Assembly: GCF_000018105.1 (NCBI RefSeq)
Contig: NC_009925.1
Span: 4,890,001-4,922,000, forward strand
Source of the DNA: Acaryochloris marina MBIC11017
GTDB taxonomy: Bacteria > Cyanobacteriota > Cyanobacteriia > Thermosynechococcales > Thermosynechococcaceae
Length of the DNA: 32,000 bases
Reading direction: 5' to 3'
Shown: piece after piece, positions 9,840 through 19,469 of the stretch
Numbering within the stretch: the first letter of the stretch is position 1
Layout of the letters: each line of letters starts with the position of its first letter
The notes under the pieces: model-generated
The model's database searches: none
What the model saw: the letters and a program-made list of their open reading frames with translations, nothing else
What the model was told of the DNA's origin: nothing
Position numbers and translations under genes: made by a program

Positions 9840-10727
9840 TCAACTATTGTATGATCCTTTGTGCCGTTGCCTAAAACTCCACACGGTATTCTCCAAAAGC
9901 ATAGACACGGTTATGGGACCGACGCCCCCTGGCACTGGGGTAATTAATGAACTTTGAGACTGGACTGAGGTAAACTCCACGTCTCCTACTAAGCGGGCTT
10001 TCCCTTCAATTTCTTGGCGGCTTATCCCCACATCAATCACCACAGCTCCGGGCTTAACCATATCTGCCGTGATCAGTCCAGGTTTGCCGACGGCCGCCAC
10101 CAACACATCAGCAGTGCGGGTAACCGCGGCCAAATCAGGGGTGCGAGAATGGGCCATCGTCACCGTGGCATTGGCTGCCAACAGCATCAAAGACACGGGT
10201 TTGCCTACCAAAATACTGCGGCCAATAACAACCGCATGCAGACCGGACAGCTCCACATCATAGGCTGCTAATAAACGCATCACCCCCGCAGGGGTACAGC
10301 TGCGTAATCCTGCCTCACCTCGCACTAATCGCCCTAAGTTTAGGGGATGTAAACCATCTACATCTTTATCTGGATCAATCTCATACAGTAGTGCTGTGGA
10401 ATCCAAATGGGCAGGCAAGGGCAACTGCACCAGAATGCCATCGACTTGAGGATTCGCATTTAAGTCGTGGATGGTTTGCTTCACTTCCTCAAAGGTCACC
10501 TCCGCAGGGAAATGGTGACCAAAAGAAGCAATCCCTAACCGTTCGCAGGCCCGTTCTTTATTCCGCACATAGGCTGCACTCGCCGGATTATCCCCCACCA
10601 TCAGAACGGCTAATCCGGGTGGACGACCGATTTCGGCTTGTAAGGTTTGAATTTGGGCAGTCAGCTCCCCTTGAATTTTTTGGGCTAGTCCCTTGCCGTC
10701 TAGCAGCTTGGAAGACTCAACAGGCAT
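9840..10727 (-). CDS. folD: bifunctional methylenetetrahydrofolate dehydrogenase / methenyltetrahydrofolate cyclohydrolase
   Basis: 295 aa. [42 protein letters not shown] and PVPGGVGP blocks are all present. Confidence 0.9.
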   Translation of the reverse strand: MPVESSKLLDGKGLAQKIQGELTAQIQTLQAEIGRPPGLAVLMVGDNPASAAYVRNKERACERLGIASFGHHFPAEVTFEEVKQTIHDLNANPQVDGILVQLPLPAHLDSTALLYEIDPDKDVDGLHPLNLGRLVRGEAGLRSCTPAGVMRLLAAYDVELSGLHAVVIGRSILVGKPVSLMLLAANATVTMAHSRTPDLAAVTRTADVLVAAVGKPGLITADMVKPGAVVIDVGISRQEIEGKARLVGDVEFTSVQSQSSLITPVPGGVGPITVSMLLENTVWSFRQRHKGSYNS

Positions 10728-10864
10728 CGGTAACGTCCTTCTGATGCAGTTAAAAGTGCTTCTCGATTGTATCGGCTTACCTTAGAATTCGGGATAGTCT
10801 TATACCTAAGGGGCAACGTTACAGTTTTATCTGGCCCTTTGCACTCAAGAAGTCGTGCCCAACT

Positions 10865-11092
10865 ATGTCTGAATCTATTGATATTGGCGATCGCATTCGT
10901 ATTGTTTCCCTCCCCCCCTATGTCAAAACGGCAGAACCGATGCCCATGTTGCGGCCTCCAGATGTCATTCGCATTGGTGAAGAAGGCACGGTCCTCAGCC
11001 GAGAACCGGGGGATTACTGGAGCGTGCGCATGGAGAATGGCGCGTATTTACTCAGCAGTCAATATTTAGAAAAAGTAGATTCCGCCGATTAA
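10865..11092 (+). CDS. small conserved cyanobacterial/plastid-lineage protein (I believe DUF3148 family)
   Basis: 75-aa ATG ORF with IGDRIRIVSLPPYVKTAEPMPMLRPPDVI..GEEGTV, which I recall as the DUF3148 signature. It lies divergent from folD. Confidence 0.6.
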   Translation: MSESIDIGDRIRIVSLPPYVKTAEPMPMLRPPDVIRIGEEGTVLSREPGDYWSVRMENGAYLLSSQYLEKVDSAD

Positions 11093-12408
11093 GACAGGGC
11101 GAGCCAAGGCTGTACAGCGGCCTCTGACCCGACTAAGGAAAGATGGGATTGCTGCAGATGCTGACCAGCAGCCTGATAGACGGTTTCAACATCTAAGCTG
11201 GCAATCTGTTTGGGGAAAGTCTGATCATAGTGAATCCCTAATCCCAGCGCTTCATACCAGCCCATCAGATGAGCCAGTTGGGCATTACTCTGTTTGCCCA
11301 AAACATATTGTCCTAGCAGCTTACTTTTGGCAGTTTCTAGCGCCTCATCTGCCAGGGGCTGTTGACTTAGGCGATGGATTTCAGCTTGTAGTTTCGCCAG
11401 TGCGATCGCAGTATTATCCGCAGCGGTCCCCAAATACACAACAAAATGCGATGGTCCTAAGCGAGTCGGATAGAACCCCGATACCTCATAGGCTAGACCC
11501 TGCTTTTCTCGCAGCTCCACAAACAAGCGACTAGACAGACCGCTACAGAGGTAGGTATACAGCAACTTCAAGGCAACATAGTCCGGCTCCTGAACTGAAG
11601 GGGCTAGATGCCCCAGCATGACAATACTTTGCTGGGTCGGTTGTGTCGTTATGGCAAGATTTGAACCAGTCTCCATCGAGCTGACTGGCTGTAACCCAAT
11701 AGGCGGAAGCAATGGCTGCTCTGGGACGGGCCAATCTCCAAATATTTGCTGGCAATAGTGCACGGCCTCAGCCGCCTGCAAATTCCCTGAGAGACTAATC
11801 ACCATATTGTCAGGCCGAAAATAGGTCTGATGGTACTGATGCAGATCGGCAGGTTGAAGCTGAGCAATCTGGTCAGGATCTCCGGGGCCGATTTGAGTGT
11901 AGGGATGGCCTGGGGGGAATAGGGACTGTCGAAGTCCTTTCAGGGCCAAGGTAAAGGGCTGTTCTTGCTGAGACCGAATCGATTGCAGGGCCAGCTTCTT
12001 TTCCAACTCCACTTCAGATGGGGGAAAAGACGGAAATTGGAGTAACTCAGCTGCCAGGGACAGGATATCTAAGAAATCTTCAGAAACGGTTTTCAGGCTG
12101 AGTAAGAAATAGTCCGGCGCGCGTTCAACTCCTAAGCTGGCCCCGACAGATTCCACCTGTTCAGCAATCTCAGCAGAGGACAATCGGTGGGTCCCTTTGG
12201 TAAGGGTGGCCGCCATCACGAAGGCAAGCCCGGCCTGCCCAGAGGTCTCACGAGTGCTACCAGCCCCGACGAAAATACGTGCTGAGACGATATCTGCAAT
12301 GGGGTTTTCTGTGATTAGTACCGTCAGCCCATTGGCTAACTCAAACTTCTGGCAGAGTAATCCTGAAGTAACGGGAACCGAAGCGGTGGGAGCAGGGAGA
12401 GACAGCAT
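11089..12408 (-). CDS. M16 (pitrilysin) family peptidase-like protein, non-catalytic subunit type
   Basis: 439 aa with the M16 fold pattern. The zinc-motif position reads GLAFVMAATLTKG, so HxxEH is absent. The start lies 5 nt after the stop of the upstream M16 gene. Confidence 0.8.
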   Translation of the reverse strand: MLSLPAPTASVPVTSGLLCQKFELANGLTVLITENPIADIVSARIFVGAGSTRETSGQAGLAFVMAATLTKGTHRLSSAEIAEQVESVGASLGVERAPDYFLLSLKTVSEDFLDILSLAAELLQFPSFPPSEVELEKKLALQSIRSQQEQPFTLALKGLRQSLFPPGHPYTQIGPGDPDQIAQLQPADLHQYHQTYFRPDNMVISLSGNLQAAEAVHYCQQIFGDWPVPEQPLLPPIGLQPVSSMETGSNLAITTQPTQQSIVMLGHLAPSVQEPDYVALKLLYTYLCSGLSSRLFVELREKQGLAYEVSGFYPTRLGPSHFVVYLGTAADNTAIALAKLQAEIHRLSQQPLADEALETAKSKLLGQYVLGKQSNAQLAHLMGWYEALGLGIHYDQTFPKQIASLDVETVYQAAGQHLQQSHLSLVGSEAAVQPWLALS

Positions 12409-12413
12409 TCAGA

Positions 12414-13724
12414 TCAATAAGAGCAGGGTTGCAAGGTGGTGATGGCGTAGTGACTTGGGGACAAGTACTGGTGAACGAGATGTTGCAAGGTTGGGGGCTC
12501 AAGGGCCTGAATGAGCTGTGGATAGGCAGAAGCTTGCCCCAATTCGCCCAATATACTGTAATACCCATATAAGCCAGCCAACTGATTCACCATTTCTGTC
12601 CCAAAAATAAAGTCGTTGACTACCAGTTGTTGGCATCGATGCAACTCAGCCTCTGGAATGGAGGTTTCCCCCAATTGATACATATGCTCACGAATCACCG
12701 TCTCCGCCACCTCTAGATACTTCGGATCTAGCCAGACAGAGATGGTGAAACATCCCCCTTCTCGCTGCAGAAAAAATTCGCTGTGGACATCATAAATCCA
12801 GCCGCGTTGTTCTAATAAATCCGAGACTAATCGGGACGTGCGTCCTCCCGTTAATAGCACCGACAACAGATCAAATCCGTACCCCTGCTCTTTTTCCGTT
12901 ACCCCTGGTCCTAGCCAGGCCATGGTCAACCGGGCTTGATCAATACCTGGAGTTTCCATGGCATGGTAACAGCGTTGACCCAAAGGGGTTAAAGGACTTG
13001 GCGTCGACAGAGGTTTCCTAGAACCCGAGGCAGGGGGCCAATCACAATGCCGATGGACTAGATCCATCGCTTGTTCATGGGTCAGATCGCCCACCAAGAC
13101 GATCGTCATATTCTCTGGCTGATAAAGCTGATGGTGAAAATTCCGCACATGGTCTGCAGATAGAAAGGGAGGCAGTTCTGCCAAACCAAGCACTGGACGC
13201 CCATAGGGATGGTTCGGAAATATGAGCTGGCGCACCGACTGATAAACCACCCAATCGGGATTGTCGTAGGCTTGATCAATTTCAGTACGGATGATGTCCT
13301 GTTCCTGTAAAAATTCCGTTTCAGGAACTGCTGCATGGATTAAGAGTTCAGCCAGATGTGCAAAGCAGGGGCCAAGCTGATCTGCTAGGGTCACCATATA
13401 GAAATGAGCGTAATCATAGCCTGTGGAGGCATTGACCATTCCGCCCTGGCGCTCCAGCAGCCGATCAAATTCTTGGGGAGAAATAGTTTCAGTCCCCTTG
13501 AAAATCATATGCTCTAAAACATGAGCTAACCCAGGTATGGTATTGGGTTCCTGAGTAACCCCTGCATTAACCCAAATATCAACGGTTACGACTGGCGTAA
13601 ACGGTAGGTATTGATGCACAACCGTTAATCCATTCTCCAAACGCGTTTGATGAACGGGATGGGCTGCCCCTAGGGTCTGGGCAGGCTGCCAATGCTTCGC
13701 AGGATTGGGATCAAACCACATCAA
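12414..13724 (-). CDS. M16 (pitrilysin) family zinc peptidase, catalytic subunit type
   Basis: 436 aa. Inverted zinc motif HxxEH is present as GLAHVLEHMIFKG (about 13503-13535). Confidence 0.85.
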   Translation of the reverse strand: MMWFDPNPAKHWQPAQTLGAAHPVHQTRLENGLTVVHQYLPFTPVVTVDIWVNAGVTQEPNTIPGLAHVLEHMIFKGTETISPQEFDRLLERQGGMVNASTGYDYAHFYMVTLADQLGPCFAHLAELLIHAAVPETEFLQEQDIIRTEIDQAYDNPDWVVYQSVRQLIFPNHPYGRPVLGLAELPPFLSADHVRNFHHQLYQPENMTIVLVGDLTHEQAMDLVHRHCDWPPASGSRKPLSTPSPLTPLGQRCYHAMETPGIDQARLTMAWLGPGVTEKEQGYGFDLLSVLLTGGRTSRLVSDLLEQRGWIYDVHSEFFLQREGGCFTISVWLDPKYLEVAETVIREHMYQLGETSIPEAELHRCQQLVVNDFIFGTEMVNQLAGLYGYYSILGELGQASAYPQLIQALEPPTLQHLVHQYLSPSHYAITTLQPCSY

Positions 13725-13949
13725 CGAGGGTTAAGACAGGAGGGATAAGGAAATAGATGGTTTTAAAGGTCTGTATTCAATAACGAGAGTATAAAAGGGG
13801 ATGCCGAACTGGAGGGGAAATCTATAATCTATTTCTCTGTTCCAGAACGTTTCTGTGAGAAGTTACTATATACCTTTAGTCTACTAGACGGCTGGAAGTC
13901 CCGTACTTCAGCCCCTTTCTATCTTTCACCTTCTCGGCGCTCCCGACTC

Positions 13950-14879
13950 ATGTCGAATACTCAAACATTAACCATCCAAGTCCCGGCAACAACCGCCAAT
14001 ATTGGTCCAGGCTTCGACTGTTTAGGAGCAGCCCTCTCCCTCTACAATCGCTTTCAATTTACCCGTCTTGCAGATGATGCTGAAGCACCCATCATCCAGG
14101 CAACTGGACAGGGGGCCGAGCAACTGCCTACGGATGACAAAAATCTGGTTTACCGAGCGTTTGTGTCTACCTACCAACACCTGGGACAAACGCCCCCCGC
14201 CATCAAAATTGATATCCATTTGGATATTCCCCAAGCGAGAGGGTTAGGTAGCTCAGCCACGGCCATCATTGCGGGCCTGATAGGCGCTAATCAATTCGCC
14301 AACCAACCGTTAGACCCAGCGGATTTGTTGCAGCTGGCCATTGACCTGGAAGGCCATCCTGACAATGTGGTCCCTGCCATGGTAGGAGGTTGCTGTCTTG
14401 CGGCTAAAGACCTAGCCGGCAAATGGCAGATTTGCCCTATCGATTGGTCCCCTGAGGTGGTTCCCATTGTCGCGATACCGGATTTTGAACTCAAGACCGA
14501 TCTAGCTCGCAATGCTCTACCCGATACCTGTGGATATGGGGATGCGATTTTTAATATGGCTCACCTTGGTTTTTTGATCAAAGGTTTAGAGCAAGCTGAT
14601 CCAGCCCTTCTCAAAACAGCCCTTGATGATAAATTGCACCAACCCTATCGGCTTCAGCTGATTGCTGGATTTGCAGAGGCTTACCAAGCGGCCCTAAAGG
14701 CTGGAGCCTACGGCCTCGTGATTAGCGGTGCTGGCCCGACCCTTTTGGCTTTGGGTGATCGTGAATCGGCAGGTGCGATCGCATCTGCCATTCGCAATCA
14801 ATGGCAAACAGCCAATCGGTCAGTAGAGACTCAGGTACTCAAGATAGATAGACAAGGGGCTATCGCTCAATTCACCTAA
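13950..14879 (+). CDS. thrB: homoserine kinase
   Basis: 309 aa. N-terminal PATTANIGPGFDCLG and GHMP kinase motif GLGSSATAI. Confidence 0.9.
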   Translation: MSNTQTLTIQVPATTANIGPGFDCLGAALSLYNRFQFTRLADDAEAPIIQATGQGAEQLPTDDKNLVYRAFVSTYQHLGQTPPAIKIDIHLDIPQARGLGSSATAIIAGLIGANQFANQPLDPADLLQLAIDLEGHPDNVVPAMVGGCCLAAKDLAGKWQICPIDWSPEVVPIVAIPDFELKTDLARNALPDTCGYGDAIFNMAHLGFLIKGLEQADPALLKTALDDKLHQPYRLQLIAGFAEAYQAALKAGAYGLVISGAGPTLLALGDRESAGAIASAIRNQWQTANRSVETQVLKIDRQGAIAQFT

Positions 14880-14927
14880 AGTCATTGCCCTCAGCCTCTA
14901 CCCTCTAAAGGCGCTACTAGGTACTGC

Positions 14928-17267
14928 TTAGTTCTTAATGCCGTTGGCAACAACACCCAGGATAGGAATCTGAGCAATTTCCAGCATACGGAGGCTTTCC
15001 TTCAACAGGCTTCTGGGAACGCTGCCTAGATGGGCAACTACCATTAAGCCATCCGTTTGAGGTGCAATAATCGTTGGATCTGCCAGGTTGAGGGGTGGGC
15101 AGTCATAGATAACTAAATCAAACTGTTCAGCGAACACACCCATCAACTTCTGCATCTTTTGAGACGCCAAGATGCGGGTTGGATCCGATGGCAACATCCC
15201 TGCTGTCAGTACAAAGAGGTTCTCGGTCCCAGGCAGTGGATGAATGGTGGACTGAAGATTACCTTCCGTCGCCATCAGGTCACTCAATCCAGGGCTGTTG
15301 GGTAAGTTGAGGACGCGGCTAAGGCTGGGAGCTCGTAAATCAGCATCGACTAACAAGACTCGTCTTCCCATAGCCGCTGCAGCCTGAGCTAAGTGCATCG
15401 AGGTGGTGGATTTTCCTTCCTGGGGTGAGCAGGATGAAATAACCAGGGAAGAAATGGGTAAGTCAGGATTGAGAAGGTGCAGTTGAGAGTAAAGGGAGCG
15501 AAAGGCTTCTAGGAACGGTGAATAGGAGTACTCCGAAGCTTTCTTGTTATTGGCAAAATTACTCAAGTTAGCCAAAGAGAATTGCTCGTTATTTAGCAGT
15601 GAAGGCTGTTCTTTTTGCTCAAGCAGTGCTAGTCCAACTTCACTCTTCAGGAAGTCACTTTCCGAAGATAGGAAGGGCGTTTCTTCCAGTTGCTTTTGCT
15701 GAGGAATGATACCTAGGATTGGACGCTTTAATTCGGCCCGGAGATCCTGTAGGGAGTGAATGGCATCATTGGTTCTATCCAAAAGAATCGCAATGCCTAC
15801 ACCGAGTAAAAGACCCAGCATTGTGCCTAAAGCCAAATCACGAGGCAGATTTGCATTGGTAATGGTTCTAACAGATGGCTTCCCTAATAACTCCCAGGGA
15901 ACCTCATTTCTAGCGGCGTTGATTAAGAGTTCTTCCCGCTTTTCTAGAAACTTACGATAAGTATCGTTGGCAATCTGAAGCTTCCGCTGCAGGTTTTCAT
16001 ACTGGCGGGTAATGGCAGGCAACTGCCCCATTTTCTGTTGTAGAGAGGATTGGGCTCTCAAAATTCCCTGTCGTTTTGCTTCCAGAACTTGAAGCTGTAC
16101 CGCAGCATCTACAAATTGTTGACTCATCCCCTTCCGCAGGGAGTTTTGGTAAGGCAGCGCTGCTGTGTCGGGAATCGTACTAGATAGATTCCGGCCAAGG
16201 CTATTGCGGGCTGCCTGGTTGATGAGAGGCAACAGCTTACTACGCTGTTCCCGTAAGTCAACCACTTCCGGGTGATTACTGGTGAGTTCTGCCGACCGAA
16301 TGGCGAGTTGAGACTCAATTTCCTGCAATTGCGCTCGCAACTTCTGATAGCTGGGAGACTCTGTCAGCACCGTGGCTGCTTCTGCACCAGATGGAGTCAA
16401 TTTTAGTTGCTGTTGTAGGGTTGTATATAACTGCCGAGTCTCCATAAGCTGAATTTGATTTTCAGCTAGCTGGCCTTGAATGGCACCGGCCTGAGAGGAA
16501 ACCTGACCACCAAACGTTGCCGGGTCCAGAAGCTGATACTGTTCACGGAACCGTTGCAGTAGCTGTTCAAATTGACGAACTTGACCTTCAGCTTTGGGAA
16601 GTTGCTGATCAACAAACTGAATCGCTCTTCTTAAGTTCGTTTGTCGCTCATTGACACTGTAATCGGTGTATTGCTGAGCTACTTCAGCGGCAATCACTTT
16701 CGCAGAGTCAGGATCGGCAGCATCAAGGGTCACTGACAATATCTTGGTGGGCGCCTTGTTTTCGGCAACTCGCTCAATTGTTAGGTTCTTAGCCAACTTT
16801 TTGTAGGACAAATTGGGATATTGAGGGCTCAATTTATCCGCAATGGGTTGAAGAATTTGAGGACTCAGAAGAATTTGGATCTGCGTAGGATAATCAAGAA
16901 CTGTCTGGGAAGCCTGAGCGTTTCCTAAGTCTTGCGCATTAACTGGGGTATTGTTACCACTAATCGCGGAAACAACTTCACTTTCAGCAGTAACAGGCTC
17001 AATCAAGAGTCGAAATTGACCTTGATAGGATGATGGTCGGGTACGGCTCCAGTATAGGGTTGAAACCGCAACAGCAGCCGTCACTAAAACGACCACTGGG
17101 AAGCGCCGACGAATAGCTCCAAACAGTTGGCCAAGATTTAGGCCTCCTTCTTCTTCTACACCAGCTTGAAAAGATTGAGGAAGGAGAGTGAGCGATGGGG
17201 TAGGAGTTTCTTTAACGGTCTCCAATCGCTGTAATCTCGTCATTTTTGAGTTAGGGCTAGGTTTCAT
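14928..17267 (-). CDS. polysaccharide co-polymerase / BY-kinase-like protein (GumC/Wzc/ExoP family)
   Basis: 779 aa with an N-terminal LNLGQLFGAIRRR + TM (Wzz-like) segment and a long Gln-rich coiled coil. A second TM follows. The C-terminal P-loop domain has Walker A SPQEGKST, A' LLVDADLR and B LVIYDCPP. A possible alternative start is M9 (17243). Confidence 0.85.
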   Translation of the reverse strand: MKPSPNSKMTRLQRLETVKETPTPSLTLLPQSFQAGVEEEGGLNLGQLFGAIRRRFPVVVLVTAAVAVSTLYWSRTRPSSYQGQFRLLIEPVTAESEVVSAISGNNTPVNAQDLGNAQASQTVLDYPTQIQILLSPQILQPIADKLSPQYPNLSYKKLAKNLTIERVAENKAPTKILSVTLDAADPDSAKVIAAEVAQQYTDYSVNERQTNLRRAIQFVDQQLPKAEGQVRQFEQLLQRFREQYQLLDPATFGGQVSSQAGAIQGQLAENQIQLMETRQLYTTLQQQLKLTPSGAEAATVLTESPSYQKLRAQLQEIESQLAIRSAELTSNHPEVVDLREQRSKLLPLINQAARNSLGRNLSSTIPDTAALPYQNSLRKGMSQQFVDAAVQLQVLEAKRQGILRAQSSLQQKMGQLPAITRQYENLQRKLQIANDTYRKFLEKREELLINAARNEVPWELLGKPSVRTITNANLPRDLALGTMLGLLLGVGIAILLDRTNDAIHSLQDLRAELKRPILGIIPQQKQLEETPFLSSESDFLKSEVGLALLEQKEQPSLLNNEQFSLANLSNFANNKKASEYSYSPFLEAFRSLYSQLHLLNPDLPISSLVISSCSPQEGKSTTSMHLAQAAAAMGRRVLLVDADLRAPSLSRVLNLPNSPGLSDLMATEGNLQSTIHPLPGTENLFVLTAGMLPSDPTRILASQKMQKLMGVFAEQFDLVIYDCPPLNLADPTIIAPQTDGLMVVAHLGSVPRSLLKESLRMLEIAQIPILGVVANGIKN

Positions 17268-17313
17268 CGCCTTTTAGGGGGGTAAGTAAAGAACTTAAAC
17301 TAATGCCAAACTT

Positions 17314-17481
17314 TCACATAGCCTGAGTTTCAAGTCAGACTGCAGATACCAAGGAATGAGGGATTAGTAAAATTTCACATATCTCTAGAATAACTTGTTT
17401 GTGAAGGGTTGCAATTGACTCAGATCACATGAACTTGGATACACGAGGCTAGTAGGCTGTTTTGAGGGAATGTAATCACAT
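17314..17481. promoter_or_regulatory. four phased copies of TCACAT upstream of the wzc-like gene (candidate regulator sites)
   Basis: TCACAT occurs at 17314, 17375, 17425 and 17476, with spacings of 61, 50 and 51 nt. Extended forms are TTTCACATA (two copies) and ATCACAT (two copies). The sites lie 47-214 nt upstream of the minus-strand start at 17267. Confidence 0.25.
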
Positions 17482-18223
17482 TATCTGTTAGCAATGGGTG
17501 CGTAAGAACAAACATTTAAGAAGCATATGAGGCAAAGGGAAAGCTGGATGTGACTTGAATCAACAGGGTTGCCATGAATTTAGTTTTCTTATGATTCAAA
17601 TAAAATTTCCTGCAATAAGTCTCACGAGACCCAAAGGCGTTTCTAGCTCTAGAATGAGCGAAAAATGCTCTATATATTGATAATATCTCCCTCATTTTCA
17701 ATATGGGTGCTGATCGTAAATCTATTGGCTAAAAATCGACCACTATCGGTTTCATTTTCTTAGCAGTAACAAACTCACAGCTATGTCGGTAGTATTAATT
17801 GATACAAAACTAATAATTATGGATGTATTCTTATTGTAGGCCTTTAGCATTAACAGAACGGTAAGATAAAGTCTGATTTAGTATGCATTAAGGATGTTTT
17901 TCACCTGTAATCTCTATATTTTTTATATTAAAAAAATAAGCAGGCAATAATTTTCCTCTTTTAGTAAATAAAAATTCTATAAAATAAAAACCTTTTATTT
18001 TATGTATTCCTCTAATCCTAAAATCCTGAATAATTATCTTTTTATATACAATCAGCTCATTTACTCATGATCAGCTAAACATATATTTCGGTTGAATTTA
18101 TCTCGTTCTAGTGAGAATATTTGAATTGTGTTTTTATATAAATAATTTTACTGATCTTTAAGTGTGTCCAGTTTTTTTATCTGATTAGCACTCAAAGATA
18201 AAAGCAAAGATAGAAGTTCTCAT

Positions 18224-18241
18224 AAGTATAGCAGTCGCCAT
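18224..18241. repeat. IS630 terminal inverted repeat (one end)
   Basis: AAGTATAGCAGTCGCCAT is the exact reverse complement of 19170-19187. Confidence 0.85.
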
Positions 18242-18246
18242 TCTAT

Positions 18247-19123
18247 TCAGGACACTAGATGTAGAACATGTTCCATTGCTTCTCTGAGAGATCCAAAATG
18301 TTCTAATTGGTGACGGATGCGACTTTTAATCCAAGACCAAGACCGCTCAATCTTGTTCAAGTCAGGGGAATAAGGCGGTAAATACCAAACCTCACATCCT
18401 GCTTTTTCCACTAATTCCTGTATTTGTCCTCCCTTGTGAAAAGTGGCATTATCTATCACCAGCTTCTGCCCAGGCTTGAGCACGGGTATCAAGCAACGCT
18501 CTAGCCAAAGTTCAAACACAGTCCGATTGCAAGCTCCTTCGATCGTGAACGGTGCCATCAACTGCTTTGCTCTCAACGCCGCAATCATATTGACTCGGCC
18601 GCTTCTACGCCCAGTCTTCAAAGCATAAACCCGCTCACCTTTGGGGCCATAAGCATAGTCATACTCGTCTCGATGATCCATGCCCGACTCATCCGCATAG
18701 ACGATATCGTCTGGGTCCACGGTACTCAGACGTTTGATGAACGCTGCCCGTTTGTGCTTATCTCGTTCTCGGTACCCATATGTTTTTTTTTCGAGTAAAT
18801 CCGATTTTCTGGAGGGCTCTTGAGATGGTTCGATCACTAATCTCTCCATCCCATAGTTGAGCCATCTGAGCTTGGGTTTTATGACGATGCTTGTGGGCAA
18901 ACGCTCGAAACTTGTCCCAGTCAGTGATTTTATGGCTATGGCCAGGATGATGGACTGGCTTGGGATGCAAATCACCCGTTTCCGCCTTGAGGTGTTGCCA
19001 TTGGTTAATGGTGTTACGACTGATATCGAACAGCTCACTAGCCTCAGAAGGGCGCATCCCATCTAGCTCAATCGCATCTATCACTTTGCAACGTAGGTCG
19101 TAACTATAAATTTTGGGCATCAC
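18247..19123 (-). CDS. IS630 family transposase in two overlapping frames (orfA 19123..18758 HTH part; orfB ..18247 DDE part)
   Basis: orfA ends ..ALQKIGFTRKKNIWVPRTR*. orfB continues ..LEKKTYGYRERDKHKRAAF.. and carries the catalytic residues VYADESG, LVIDNATFH and PYSPDLNKIER. The frames meet on an A9 run (T9 on + strand, 18783-18791). orfB is +1 relative to orfA, so loss of one A or slippage gives ..FTRKKTYGY... Confidence 0.85.
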
Positions 19124-19169
19124 ACAGGAGAAGGAATAAAATACTTCTCTAGTTTAAGTCCTTCTCAAT

Positions 19170-19187
19170 ATGGCGACTGCTATACTT
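19170..19187. repeat. IS630 terminal inverted repeat (other end)
   Basis: ATGGCGACTGCTATACTT is the exact reverse complement of 18224-18241. Confidence 0.85.
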
Positions 19188-19430
19188 CCTAAGGCTGTCC
19201 TGCCACCTTCAAAATCACACTCTATGTTCTAGATGTTTTCTCGTGCTATTTCGGCTATATAAAATAGCACTTAGCATTCAGTGCATAACGATGACTCCAA
19301 ATCATAGAGTTAATTCACCTGATTTATGAGTCAATGGTAGAGTAGGAAAGCTTTTTGGAGATATTTATTTTGTAGGGCTAATAGGTAAAATGGATGATCA
19401 TTTAGAAAGATGCTTGCCACTTATCATAGA

Positions 19431-19469
19431 AGATGCATTATTTTTGTATAATTAAAAAATAATGCATCT
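19431..19469 (-). terminator. candidate operon-end hairpin downstream of the GT2 synthase gene
   Basis: Perfect 15-bp stem AGATGCATTATTTTT (19431-19445) pairs with AAAAATAATGCATCT (19455-19469), with a 9-nt loop. It lies 57 nt after the stop at 19526. The stem is AT-rich and has no clean trailing U-tract, hence moderate confidence. Confidence 0.4.

Larger units (their letters stand above)
18224..19187 (-). mobile_element. IS630 family (Tc1/mariner-like) insertion sequence, ~0.96 kb
   Basis: Perfect 18-bp terminal inverted repeats AAGTATAGCAGTCGCCAT (18224-18241, and the reverse complement of 19170-19187). They enclose a two-frame transposase. TA dinucleotides sit at both ends (AAGTATA.. / ..TATACTT), so the exact boundary and the TA duplication are ambiguous by a few nt. 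Confidence 0.85.

Noticed and set aside
10767-11069. 100-aa + strand ORF overlapping the 75-aa ORF
   Set aside because: It uses a non-ATG start and is Cys/Arg-rich with an unconvincing sequence. The overlapping 75-aa frame carries a conserved-looking signature (LPPYVKTAEPMPMLRPPD).
13823-13828. Consensus TATAAT hexamer ~120 nt upstream of thrB
   Set aside because: There is no acceptable -35 element at 16-18 nt spacing. A single hexamer in a 225-nt divergent region is weak evidence.
17516-17701. 61-aa minus-strand ORF in the AT-rich island
   Set aside because: It has a biased, basic composition typical of AT-rich non-coding DNA, no motif, and no supporting context.
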